Positions 9,441 to 18,594 of a stretch of 64,000 nucleotides of DNA are shown in pieces. A program made the position numbers and the translations under genes. The DNA is from Gammaproteobacteria bacterium (GTDB lineage Bacteria; Pseudomonadota; Gammaproteobacteria; RBG-16-57-12). How positions within the stretch are numbered: the stretch's first letter is position 1; every line of letters begins with the position of its first letter. Below the pieces are notes generated by a model. The model was not told where the DNA came from, ran no database searches, and was given only the letters and a program-made list of their open reading frames with translations. The stretch covers positions 64,184 through 128,183 of the forward strand of contig JAKIVC010000002.1 of assembly GCA_021647245.1 (NCBI GenBank), in the 5' to 3' direction.

Positions 9441-10016
9441 ATGAACACAACAGACTCCTTAAAAAACAACCTTTTGATTGCCATGCCCGGTATGGAGGAT
9501 GGCAATTTCTCCAAAACGGTTACCTATATTTGTGAACATACAGACGATGGCGCAATGGGCTTGATTCTCAGTATTCCCCTCGATATTACTTTCCGCCAAG
9601 TGGTAGGGCAGGTGGATAAAACCTTGTCACAGCGTGAAATGGACAAGTGCATCGATGATATCCCGGTCTATCTGGGTGGCCCGGTAGAGCCTGAACACGG
9701 CTTTGTTTTGCATACACCACAGGGGGAGTGGAGTGCTTCTCTGAAATTGACAGATGACCTCATGTTAACCACTTCCAGCGATATTATCAGTGCCATTGCC
9801 ACCGGTGAGGGGCCTGATCAATACTTGGTGATGCTAGGTTACGCGGGTTGGGGTGGTGAACAGCTGGAGCATGAAATGGCGCAAAATGCCTGGCTCAATG
9901 TGCCGGCAGATATGGCCCCGCTATGGGGCGAGCCAGCGGAGAAGCGTTGGCAGAAAGCGGCCGCTTTGCTGGGTGTGGATTTGAGCCGCCTCTCTCCGGA
10001 TGTCGGGCATGCCTGA
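9441..10016 (+). CDS. yqgE: YqgE/AlgH family protein (UPF0301).
   Basis: 191 aa. Conserved yqgE-ruvX pairing. Confidence 0.75.
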   Translation: MNTTDSLKNNLLIAMPGMEDGNFSKTVTYICEHTDDGAMGLILSIPLDITFRQVVGQVDKTLSQREMDKCIDDIPVYLGGPVEPEHGFVLHTPQGEWSASLKLTDDLMLTTSSDIISAIATGEGPDQYLVMLGYAGWGGEQLEHEMAQNAWLNVPADMAPLWGEPAEKRWQKAAALLGVDLSRLSPDVGHA

Positions 10017-10422
10017 GTCAACAGTGTTGGGGTTCGACTATGGCCGCCGCCGCATTGGCGTGGCTGTTGGCCAGACAATTACTCATACCAGCTCACCCCT
10101 GGCGACCATTCAGGCGGATCAGGGGAAGCCTGATTGGCACGCGGTACAGGCTCTGATCAATGAGTGGCAGCCGACAGTCTTTGTGGTAGGGATGCCGAAA
10201 AATATGGATGGCTCAGCACATCAGTTGACGGCGACGATTACCCGTTTTGGTAATCAGTTGCATGGGCGTTATGGCTTGCCGGTTCACTATATTGATGAGC
10301 GGTTGAGTTCCCGTGAGGCTGAGCGTAGCTTGATGCCGGGACAGGCCAAAAAGGATAAAGGCGTGATCGATCGGGTCGCCGCGCAACTCATATTACAAAC
10401 CTGGCTGGATCAAGAGAGATGA
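10000..10422 (+). CDS. ruvX: Putative pre-16S rRNA nuclease / Holliday junction resolvase-like YqgF.
   Basis: [19 protein letters not shown]-terminus, 140 aa. Confidence 0.85.
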   Translation: MSGMPESTVLGFDYGRRRIGVAVGQTITHTSSPLATIQADQGKPDWHAVQALINEWQPTVFVVGMPKNMDGSAHQLTATITRFGNQLHGRYGLPVHYIDERLSSREAERSLMPGQAKKDKGVIDRVAAQLILQTWLDQER

Positions 10423-10925
10423 GAGAAAATTTTGAGGTAACCACCCTGCTAGTGCAGATGGGCGAACAACTACAGGCACTCCTGAAGAAAAACGGGATTA
10501 GCGAAGCCAAGATGATTGGGATATACAGTGGTGGCGTCTGGGTAGCAGAACCACTGCACCGGCAGCTGGGTCTGGAGAGTCCGCTGGGTTGCCTCAACAT
10601 CTCCTTCTACCGGGATGACTTCACCCAGGTGGGCATGCACCCCGAGGTAAAGCCTTCGAACTTGCCTTTCGGCATCGATGGTGAAAACCTGATTTTGGTG
10701 GATGATGTTCTCTATACCGGACGAACGATTCGAGCCGCGTTGAACGAGATATTTGATTATGGCCGACCCGCATCGGTAACCTTAGTGGTGTTGGCGGATC
10801 GAAATGGCCGTGAGCTACCCATTCAGGCCGATGTGGTGGGCGTTAAGCTTGATCTGGACAGTCATGAACAGGTTAAGTTGAGTGGCCCCCAAAAACTCTC
10901 CCTGAATATTATCGAGTCCTTATGA
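10419..10925 (+). CDS. pyrR: Bifunctional pyrimidine operon regulator / uracil phosphoribosyltransferase.
   Basis: PRTase motif [21 protein letters not shown]. Confidence 0.85.
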   Translation: MRENFEVTTLLVQMGEQLQALLKKNGISEAKMIGIYSGGVWVAEPLHRQLGLESPLGCLNISFYRDDFTQVGMHPEVKPSNLPFGIDGENLILVDDVLYTGRTIRAALNEIFDYGRPASVTLVVLADRNGRELPIQADVVGVKLDLDSHEQVKLSGPQKLSLNIIESL

Positions 10926-11902
10926 GTAGACGAAATATACAGCTGGATGAGCAACAGAAACTGCGCCACTTCATTGCCGTGGAGGGGTTGAAGCGACAGA
11001 TGCTGGTGGATATTCTTGATAGTGCAGAAAACTTTCTCGGACTCGGTGCACGCAAGGCAAAAAAAGTACCGCTGCTGCGGGGGAAAACCGTAGCCAATCT
11101 CTTTTTTGAAGCCAGTACCCGCACCCGCAGTACCTTTGAGCTGGCCGCACAGCGACTCTCTGCGGATCTACTGAGTATGGATATTAAAACCTCAGCTACC
11201 AGCAAAGGAGAGAGCCTGCTGGATATGTTGCAAAATCTGGAGGCGATGGGCGTGGATATGTTTATTGTGCGTCATGCTAGCAGTGGCGCGGCCCGCTTTA
11301 TTGCCGAACATGTGGCTCCCCATGTCAGCGTGATCAATGCTGGAGATGGTTGTCATGCCCATCCCACACAGGGAATGTTGGATATGTTTACTATTCGTCA
11401 GCAAAAGGGCGAGTTTGCGCCACTGACCGTGGCTATCGTGGGGGATATTTTGCACTCGCGGGTAGCGCGATCACAGATTCATGCACTGACCACCCTTGGG
11501 GTCACCGAAGTGCGGGTGGTCGCGCCGCGAACCCTGATCCCTGCGGATGTGGAGAGATTAGGGGTGCATGTTCATCATGAAATGGAGAGTGGCATTGAAA
11601 ATGCGGATGTAATCATTATGTTGCGCCTGCAAAAAGAGCGTATGCAGGGTGGGTTTCTACCCAGTGAAGCGGAATATTTCAAGCGCTATGGTTTGACCGA
11701 GGCACGTTTGAAGCTTGCAAAGCCTGACGTGACCGTGATGCACCCCGGGCCGATTAACCGTGGTGTCGAGATCGCCTCGGAGGTGGCTGATGGTCATCAT
11801 TCGGTTATCTTGCAGCAGGTTACCAATGGTATCGCCATTCGCATGGCGGTGATGTCGATGACTCTGGGGCGACCCACCTCTGCTGCGGGGGTAGCCAAAT
11901 GA
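10922..11902 (+). CDS. pyrB: Aspartate carbamoyltransferase catalytic subunit.
   Basis: [18 protein letters not shown] and HPTQGMLD motifs. Confidence 0.9.
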   Translation: MSRRNIQLDEQQKLRHFIAVEGLKRQMLVDILDSAENFLGLGARKAKKVPLLRGKTVANLFFEASTRTRSTFELAAQRLSADLLSMDIKTSATSKGESLLDMLQNLEAMGVDMFIVRHASSGAARFIAEHVAPHVSVINAGDGCHAHPTQGMLDMFTIRQQKGEFAPLTVAIVGDILHSRVARSQIHALTTLGVTEVRVVAPRTLIPADVERLGVHVHHEMESGIENADVIIMLRLQKERMQGGFLPSEAEYFKRYGLTEARLKLAKPDVTVMHPGPINRGVEIASEVADGHHSVILQQVTNGIAIRMAVMSMTLGRPTSAAGVAK

Positions 11903-13173
11903 AAACCCATATTCAAGGGGGTCGCCTAGTCGATGCTTCACAGGGTATCGACAGCGTTTGTGATCTCTACCTTGCCAATGGCAAGGTGTTGGCGATAGGC
12001 GACCGCCCGGACGGCTTTGAACCGGAGCAGTGCATTGATGCCAGTGGAAAAATTGTCTGCCCAGGCCTGGTGGATATGCAGGTCTACCTGCGTGAACCGG
12101 GTAATAGCCACAAGGGAACCATCGCCAGCGAATCTGCCGCTGCGGTGGCTGGCGGTGTTACCTCGCTCTGCTGTCCACCCGATATCACCTCAGTCACCGA
12201 TACCACTGCGGTTGTAGAGTTGATTCGCTTGAAGGCCGAAAAGGCTGCCAAGGCACATGTCTATGTGATCGGTGCTTTGACAAAAGGGCTTAACGGCGAA
12301 GAGATCAGCGCCATGCAGAGCCTCAAGGAGGCTGGCTGCGTGGGTGTAAGCAATGGCCACTATCCGATTAAAAATAGCCAGGTCATGCGGCGGGCAATGG
12401 AGTATGCCCGCACCATGGATATGACGCTGTTTCTACATGCTGAAGATCCGTGGCTGAGCCAAGGTGGCTGTGCCCATGAAGGTGCGGTGAGTACCCGAAT
12501 GGGTTTGACGGGTATCCCCGCGTGTGCCGAGGAGGTGGAGGTGGCCAAGCTGCTGCAACTGGTTGAAATGACCGGTGCACGGGTTCATTTTAGTCAGCTA
12601 TCCACCACAAAAGCGGTGCGAATGATCAGCCGGGCACAGTTTGAAGGGCTACCTATCAGCGCCGATGTGGCCGCTCATCAACTCCATTTGAGTCATATTG
12701 ATATTGCTGAATTTAACAGCCTTTGCCATGTTCAGCCACCACTGCGTAGTGAGCGTGATCGTGACGGGCTACGTGAAGGTCTAAGAGAGGGGATAATCGG
12801 TGTGATCTGCTCCGATCATCAACCCCACGATAAAGACGCCAAACTTGCCCCCTTTGCTGAGGCAGAACCGGGCATTTCGGCACTGGAGAGCTTGCTCCCC
12901 CTAGCGCTGCGCCTATCTGACTCGGGCATGAGCCTGATGGATATTATTGGCTGCTTGACCACCACGCCAGCCAAAATTTTGGGTATTGCGGCAGGTAGCT
13001 TGGCAGAGGGTTGCTGTGCCGACGTCTGTATTTTTGACCCGCAAGAGTATTGGGTATTGAGTGAGCAAGCGATGGTCAGTCGGGGTAAGAATAATCCATT
13101 TGTTGGTCGGGAGTTAAAAGGGCGAGTGCACTACACCTTGCTGGCCGGTGCGATTGTCTACCACCTAGGCTGA
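11899..13173 (+). CDS. Dihydroorotase-like, non-catalytic PyrC' (ATCase structural partner).
   Basis: 424 aa with the amidohydrolase fold. The metal-binding DxHxH is replaced by [10 protein letters not shown] (Q and Y in place of the two His). It overlaps pyrB, as in Pseudomonas-type pyrB-pyrC'. Confidence 0.75.
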   Translation: MKTHIQGGRLVDASQGIDSVCDLYLANGKVLAIGDRPDGFEPEQCIDASGKIVCPGLVDMQVYLREPGNSHKGTIASESAAAVAGGVTSLCCPPDITSVTDTTAVVELIRLKAEKAAKAHVYVIGALTKGLNGEEISAMQSLKEAGCVGVSNGHYPIKNSQVMRRAMEYARTMDMTLFLHAEDPWLSQGGCAHEGAVSTRMGLTGIPACAEEVEVAKLLQLVEMTGARVHFSQLSTTKAVRMISRAQFEGLPISADVAAHQLHLSHIDIAEFNSLCHVQPPLRSERDRDGLREGLREGIIGVICSDHQPHDKDAKLAPFAEAEPGISALESLLPLALRLSDSGMSLMDIIGCLTTTPAKILGIAAGSLAEGCCADVCIFDPQEYWVLSEQAMVSRGKNNPFVGRELKGRVHYTLLAGAIVYHLG

Positions 13174-13185
13174 TCGGGCAGGCTG

Positions 13186-13770
13186 ATGATTGAGCATATT
13201 AAGAGAGTATCTGCGAGCAACTATCCTGGCGGGTTTACACATTTACGCCTCGTCGCTGAGGGTATTGCAGAGAAGGCTCGGCCGGGGCAGTGGATTATCT
13301 GGGGCAGCCGCACGCTCTACATTATGCGTAGCGACCCTCAAACAGGCTGTATTGAGCTGCTGTTTACCGGTAAAACACCCCACCAAGATAAGATTGAAGG
13401 GCCTGGCGGAGACGCGCCCGTTCTTCCTGAGGTGTGCTTTCGCTCACTGTTGGTGGGTGGCGTTGAGGCGCTAGCGCAGCTGATTTTTTTTGCTGATTCA
13501 CTGCGCAAGCGCCGGAGTCACACCACGCTGTTGCTGCTGCAAGCGACTCAGCCGCTGCCCTTCACGCCCACTCCTTGCCGCATCATGATTCCAGGAATGC
13601 CTGCGGGTGTTATCGCAACCCTGCCGTTACTGAGTGATTGGGGGGTTGCGCTGCGAATCGCCTCTAATGATGGGCTTCCAGGTTGCTATCATGGCAGTGT
13701 GGATGAGCTGGCAGAGCAGTGGTTGAGCGCGCAGCCTCGACCGAGTGAAATTGCGTGTAGTCGGCTATGA
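13186..13770 (+). CDS. Hypothetical protein with a degenerate ferredoxin-reductase-like (FNR/PyrK-like) signature.
   Basis: RPGQWIIWGSRTLYIMRSD resembles the FAD-binding RxYS/PGQ region. LLVGGVEALAQ resembles a degenerate NAD-binding GGxG. No Cys cluster is present. Confidence 0.3.
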   Translation: MIEHIKRVSASNYPGGFTHLRLVAEGIAEKARPGQWIIWGSRTLYIMRSDPQTGCIELLFTGKTPHQDKIEGPGGDAPVLPEVCFRSLLVGGVEALAQLIFFADSLRKRRSHTTLLLLQATQPLPFTPTPCRIMIPGMPAGVIATLPLLSDWGVALRIASNDGLPGCYHGSVDELAEQWLSAQPRPSEIACSRL

Positions 13771-14987
13771 CTCATCAGGGTTGAGCAATACGTAATCTGT
13801 CTGCTGCTTTTTTTTGGGTTCTTTCTCTTTAGGCTCACTCTCTGTATCCTCTTGTTGCTGCTCCGTTATGTTCCAGTCGCGCTCGTTTTCATCCCTATCG
13901 CCATCATGGTCAAGCTTAATCATTAAACGTAACTGATTAGCGGAGTCCGCATGGCGCAGCGCATCTTCATAGGTGATATCACCCGCGTCGTAAAGATCAT
14001 AAAGTGCCTGGTCAAAGGTCTGCATACCCCTATTTTTGGATTTCCCCATCACCTCTTTTATTTTGGCAATCTCACCTTTTTGAATGAGATCCGAGACGAA
14101 GGGTGTGCCGATCAGAATCTCCAGAGCGGCGCACCGACTATTGCCATCAACGCGGGTAATCAGCTGCTGGGCGATGATTGCTTTTAGGTTGAGTGAAAGA
14201 TCCAGCAGTATCTGCTCACGCCGCTCAAAGGGGAAGAAGTTGATAATGCGCTCGAGTGACTGGTTGGCATTATTAGCATGTAGCGTAGCGAGGCAGAGGT
14301 GCCCAGTTTCAGCAAAGGTAAGCGCGTGCTCCATGGTTTCGCGGGTACGAATTTCACCAATCAAAATAACATCGGGTGCTTGTCGCAGGGTGTTTTTAAG
14401 TGCGATGCCATAGCTTTCAGTATCAACACCCACTTCGCGCTGGGTGATGATACAGCCATCGTGTTGGTGAATATATTCGATGGGATCCTCAATGGAGATG
14501 ATATGACCATGCGAGTTACGGTTGCGGTGGCCGATCATGGCAGCCAGTGAGGTGGATTTTCCTGAGCCGGTTCCACCCACCACTAAAATTAAGCCACGCT
14601 TCTCCATTACCATCTCATTGAGCTGAAGAGGAAGCTTGAGCGCTTCTATTGTTGGAATTACCGTCTCAATCTTGCGTAACACCATGCCGATTTTCTGTTT
14701 TTGACAGAAGACACTGACACGAAAGCGCCCGACATTAGGTCGGTGGATGGCAAAGTTAGCCTCCTGTGTCTCATCAAACTGGCGGCGTTGCTCTGCATTC
14801 ATTACGCTATAGACCACATCCGTGGCCTGCTGCTGGCTGAGTGGGTTGGGTGAGACTGGGACATTTCGACCATTGATTTTTAGCGTGGGTGGCAAGTCTG
14901 CGGATACAAACATATCCGAGGCTTGTCTGCGCATCATCAGCTTGAGCAGGTAGTCAAAATTTTCAATCGATTGGGTGTTTTTTGTCA
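13765..14987 (-). CDS. pilU: Type IV pilus retraction ATPase PilU with an acidic C-terminal extension.
   Basis: PilT/PilU family motifs: Walker A GGTGSGKST, the aspartate box and the His box. The likely start is a GTG immediately after the pilT stop (cTAGtg); the ORF-track ATG at 15072 overlaps pilT by 85 nt. The C-terminal roughly 45 residues are Asp/Glu/Lys-rich (DRDENERDWNITEQQQEDTESEPKEKEPKKKQQ). Confidence 0.8.
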
Positions 14988-16025
14988 CTAGCGGAATAGA
15001 TCCTTGTTGACGGCTTTTGTGGCAGCATCCTGCTTGCTGACCAAACCTTTTTGTACCAGGTTTTGTAGGCACTGATCCAGTGTTTGCATGCCAATCGCCT
15101 GGCTGGTTTGAAGTACCGAGTACATCTGCGGCACCTTCGCTTCGCGAATAAGATTACGAATTGCGGGCGTACCAATCATTATTTCGTGGGCCGCTATGCG
15201 CCCGCCACCCATCTTTTTCAGCAGTGATTGGGAGATAACCGCTTGCAGTGACTCAGAGAGCATCGCCCGCACCATCTCTTTTTCACCACCAGGAAAGACA
15301 TCGATAATCCGGTCGATGGTTTTCGCCGCTGAGCTGGTGTGGAGCGTGCCAAATACCAAGTGCCCGGTTTCAGCGGCTGAAAGCGCTAAACCGATGGTTT
15401 CAGGGTCACGCATTTCACCCACCAGAATAACATCAGGGTCTTCACGTAGCGCAGAGCGCAGTGACTCGGAAAAGCCAAGGGTGTCGCGATGAACTTCGCG
15501 TTGATTGATGAGGCATTTTTTTGATTCGTGCACAAATTCTATCGGGTCTTCAATGGTTAGAATATGGCCAAACTCATTCTCATTTTTGTCATTTACCATG
15601 GCGGCGAGGGTGGTGGATTTACCCGAGCCGGTAGGGCCCGTTACCAGCACCAGGCCGCGTGGATATTGTGCAATCCTCTTGAATATTTCGGGGGCACCCA
15701 GATCGTCCAGCGTGAGTATTTTTGAAGGGATGGTTCGGAATACCGCACCGGCTCCCCGGTTTTGATTGAAAGCATTGACACGAAAACGCGCTAAGTTGGG
15801 TATTTCGAAGGAGAAATCAGTCTCAAAGAACTCCTCGAAATCTTTGCGCTGTTTATCATTCATGATGTCATAAATCAGGCTCTGCACCGTTTTGTGGTCG
15901 AGTGCTGGCACATTAATTCGGCGAATATCACCGTCAACACGAATCATCGGCGGCTCACCCGCAGAGAGGTGTAGATCAGATGCGTTATTTTTCACACCAA
16001 AAGCGAGCAGTTCTGTAATGTCCAT
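14988..16025 (-). CDS. pilT: Type IV pilus twitching-motility ATPase.
   Basis: MDITELLAFGVKNNASDLHLSAGEPPMIRVDGDIRRI and Walker A GPTGSGKST. 345 aa. Confidence 0.92.
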   Translation of the reverse strand: MDITELLAFGVKNNASDLHLSAGEPPMIRVDGDIRRINVPALDHKTVQSLIYDIMNDKQRKDFEEFFETDFSFEIPNLARFRVNAFNQNRGAGAVFRTIPSKILTLDDLGAPEIFKRIAQYPRGLVLVTGPTGSGKSTTLAAMVNDKNENEFGHILTIEDPIEFVHESKKCLINQREVHRDTLGFSESLRSALREDPDVILVGEMRDPETIGLALSAAETGHLVFGTLHTSSAAKTIDRIIDVFPGGEKEMVRAMLSESLQAVISQSLLKKMGGGRIAAHEIMIGTPAIRNLIREAKVPQMYSVLQTSQAIGMQTLDQCLQNLVQKGLVSKQDAATKAVNKDLFR

Positions 16026-16215
16026 CTGTTATTCCCAATAATAAATTGTACCGAAGTCATCTTACCACCCTATGGTGTGGGTTGGTAAGCGGTTGATTAT
16101 TTGATGGTTGAGCATTGATTATAGCCGTGTATAGCGGCATTCTAGAAGAAAAACTTAGCCCCTGTAAGGCCTTTGTTCTCATTCCCAGATAGGGTCACGC
16201 ATACTGTACAAGCTC

Positions 16216-16233
16216 TTGATTCCACAGTGAAAC
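16216..16233 (+). repeat. Dispersed intergenic motif copy TTGATTCCACAGTGAAAC (pilT/yggS intergenic).
   Basis: Shares TTGATTCCACAG with 41492-41503 and with the reverse complement of 37957-37972. Shares CACAGTGAAAC with 50591-50604. Confidence 0.5.
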
Positions 16234-16309
16234 CAAACGCTTACACACTAACCTGGGGATGAGGGCTTTACGTGAAAGGTGGTTTCATCCTGCGGGGTGG
16301 TAGTATGAG

Positions 16310-17044
16310 GTGTCATATCCAACGGGAGAGGTGATGGTGAGTTCGCGACAAAATCCACTGGCGGAGCGTTATGCGCAGCTGATAATGCGTATTCGGCATG
16401 CCGAGCAACAGGCTGGCCGCTCTGTCGGTTCGGTGCAGCTATTGGCTGTTAGTAAAACGGTGGCCGCTGAGCGGCTGGGTTATGCTGCTCTGCTGGGGCA
16501 ACAGGCGTTTGGTGAGAATTACCTACAAGAGGCGTTGAATAAACAGGTTTTACTTGCCGAGCTTGATCTCCAGTGGCATTTTATTGGGCCGTTGCAATCC
16601 AATAAAAGCCGGGCAGTTGCAGAGAAGTTCAACTGGTTGCACACACTTGATCGGCTAAAATTGGCACGGCGGCTCTCAGCTCAGCGCCCCGAAAATATGC
16701 CACCCTTGAATATCTGCTTGCAAGTGAATATCAGTGGTGAGCCGAGCAAGTCCGGTGTATTACCTGACGAACTCTCACCGCTGGCGGCTGATATTGCCGA
16801 GTTGCCGGGGTTGCAATTGCGGGGTTTGATGGCACTGCCGGCCCCTTGTGATAAGTTTGATGAACAGCGTCGCGTATTTGCCTCAGTACGCAAGCTTTAT
16901 CAGCAGTTGATTGATGAGGGGCACCCGTTGGATACGTTGTCCATGGGAATGTCGGCAGACCTTGAGGCAGCGGTGGCGGAAGGTGCTACCATAGTACGCA
17001 TAGGCAGTGCACTGTTTGGTGCTCGTGATCATAAGATGCAGTAA
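16310..17044 (+). CDS. yggS: PLP homeostasis protein YggS.
   Basis: 244 aa, alanine-racemase-N-like fold. Synteny with proC and yggT. Confidence 0.8.
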   Translation: MSYPTGEVMVSSRQNPLAERYAQLIMRIRHAEQQAGRSVGSVQLLAVSKTVAAERLGYAALLGQQAFGENYLQEALNKQVLLAELDLQWHFIGPLQSNKSRAVAEKFNWLHTLDRLKLARRLSAQRPENMPPLNICLQVNISGEPSKSGVLPDELSPLAADIAELPGLQLRGLMALPAPCDKFDEQRRVFASVRKLYQQLIDEGHPLDTLSMGMSADLEAAVAEGATIVRIGSALFGARDHKMQ

Positions 17045-17056
17045 AGGGCTGGGTTT

Positions 17057-17881
17057 ATGGAACAGTGTAAAATTGTTTTTATCGGTGGCGGCAATATGGC
17101 CGGCAGTATTATGGGTGGTTTACTACAGGGTGGCTGCCAGGCAGAAAATATCTATATTTGTGACCCTAACCAAGAGCGGCTGACGGTTCTCCAGCAGCGC
17201 TATGGGGTGAATGTTTCGACCCGTAACGATGACTTTGTGGCGCTGGCGGATCTGTTGGTATTGGCGGTGAAGCCACAAGTGATGCACTCAGTGGTGGAAG
17301 GGATGGCCTCTAAAATAAGAGATGACACGCTACTGGTATCAGTAGTAGCCGGTATTCGTGGAAAGGATATTGAGTCTTGGCTGAAGGGTAATCACGCGAT
17401 TGTTCGTTGTATGCCAAACACACCGGCATTGGTGCAGAGTGGTGCCAGTGGCTTGTACGCAAATAGTCAGGTGAGCGATGCACAGCGTAACCTAGCCGAA
17501 TCCTTAATGCGGTCGGTAGGAATAGTCGTCTGGTTAGACCATGAAGAGCAGATGGATGCGGTAACAGCAGTTTCAGGCAGTGGTCCAGCCTACTTTTTTC
17601 TGGTGATGGAGGCGATGCAAAAGTCGGCAGAAAAACTAGGGCTTACCCCTGAAATGTCACGCCTGCTAACGGTACAGACTGCGCTTGGAGCCGCCAAAAT
17701 GGCGATGGAGAGTGAAGAGGGCGTGGCGGCACTACGGCACCGTGTTACCTCGCCAGGCGGTACCACTGAACAAGCAGTCAATACGTTACAGGCGGGAGGG
17801 GTTGAGGCTGCCTTTGATGATGCACTGCAAGCGGCTTGTCGTCGTTCAAAAGAGCTGGCAGAAATGTTTGGGGGTCGGTAA
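17057..17881 (+). CDS. proC: Pyrroline-5-carboxylate reductase.
   Basis: IGGGNMAGSIMGG Rossmann motif plus the P5CR C-terminal domain. Confidence 0.88.
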   Translation: MEQCKIVFIGGGNMAGSIMGGLLQGGCQAENIYICDPNQERLTVLQQRYGVNVSTRNDDFVALADLLVLAVKPQVMHSVVEGMASKIRDDTLLVSVVAGIRGKDIESWLKGNHAIVRCMPNTPALVQSGASGLYANSQVSDAQRNLAESLMRSVGIVVWLDHEEQMDAVTAVSGSGPAYFFLVMEAMQKSAEKLGLTPEMSRLLTVQTALGAAKMAMESEEGVAALRHRVTSPGGTTEQAVNTLQAGGVEAAFDDALQAACRRSKELAEMFGGR

Positions 17882-18468
17882 TGAGTGGCGAATATTTTGG
17901 CGCAGCCTCTATTTTTTTGGTGCGAACCCTGTTTGGACTTTACATCTTAGCGGTACTGCTGCGTTTTTTGTTACAGATGGTGCGTGCTGATTTTTATAAC
18001 CCAATTTGTCAGATTTTAGTTAAAGTGACGGATCCCGCGCTGCGGCCACTACGTCGAGTTATTCCAGGTCTCCTGGGTATCGATATGGCCGCTGTGGTAT
18101 TGCTGCTGCTGTTAAAGACGGCGGAGCTGTTTATCATTCAGCAGCTGGCAGGTGTGGGTGGCAATGTGATGGGTCTGTTTGTGCTGGGTATTGCTCAAAT
18201 GGTTGAGTTGACGCTGAATATTTTTTTCTTCTCGGTATTAGCCCAGGTGATTTTAAGCTGGGTTAATCCAGCTACAAACTATAATCCTGTGGTGGCACTG
18301 CTCCATGCACTGAATGAGCCGTTGATGCGGCCAGCCCGGCGCCTGCTACCCGCCATGTCAGGGCTGGATCTTTCACCGTTGCTGGTGATCATTGTGATAC
18401 AGTTGATAACAATGTTATTGGTGGCGCCACTCAATGATGTTGCACTGCGATTATTATCCGCAGCTTAA
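17881..18468 (+). CDS. yggT: YggT-family membrane protein.
   Basis: ATG overlaps the proC stop (TAATG). The ORF-track start at 17836 is probably an over-extension. Four TM segments with duplicated YGGT repeats. Confidence 0.75.
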   Translation: MSGEYFGAASIFLVRTLFGLYILAVLLRFLLQMVRADFYNPICQILVKVTDPALRPLRRVIPGLLGIDMAAVVLLLLLKTAELFIIQQLAGVGGNVMGLFVLGIAQMVELTLNIFFFSVLAQVILSWVNPATNYNPVVALLHALNEPLMRPARRLLPAMSGLDLSPLLVIIVIQLITMLLVAPLNDVALRLLSAA

Positions 18469-18594
18469 TCGCTTGATAGGCCATTATCTGCACGGTAAAA
18501 ATAAATTCTGTTAATACCCAGTAAATACAGACCGATACACTGTGATGTAAATGTAAAAAGGCAACTGGCCTTCTTCCCCAGGCGGATATGGAAA

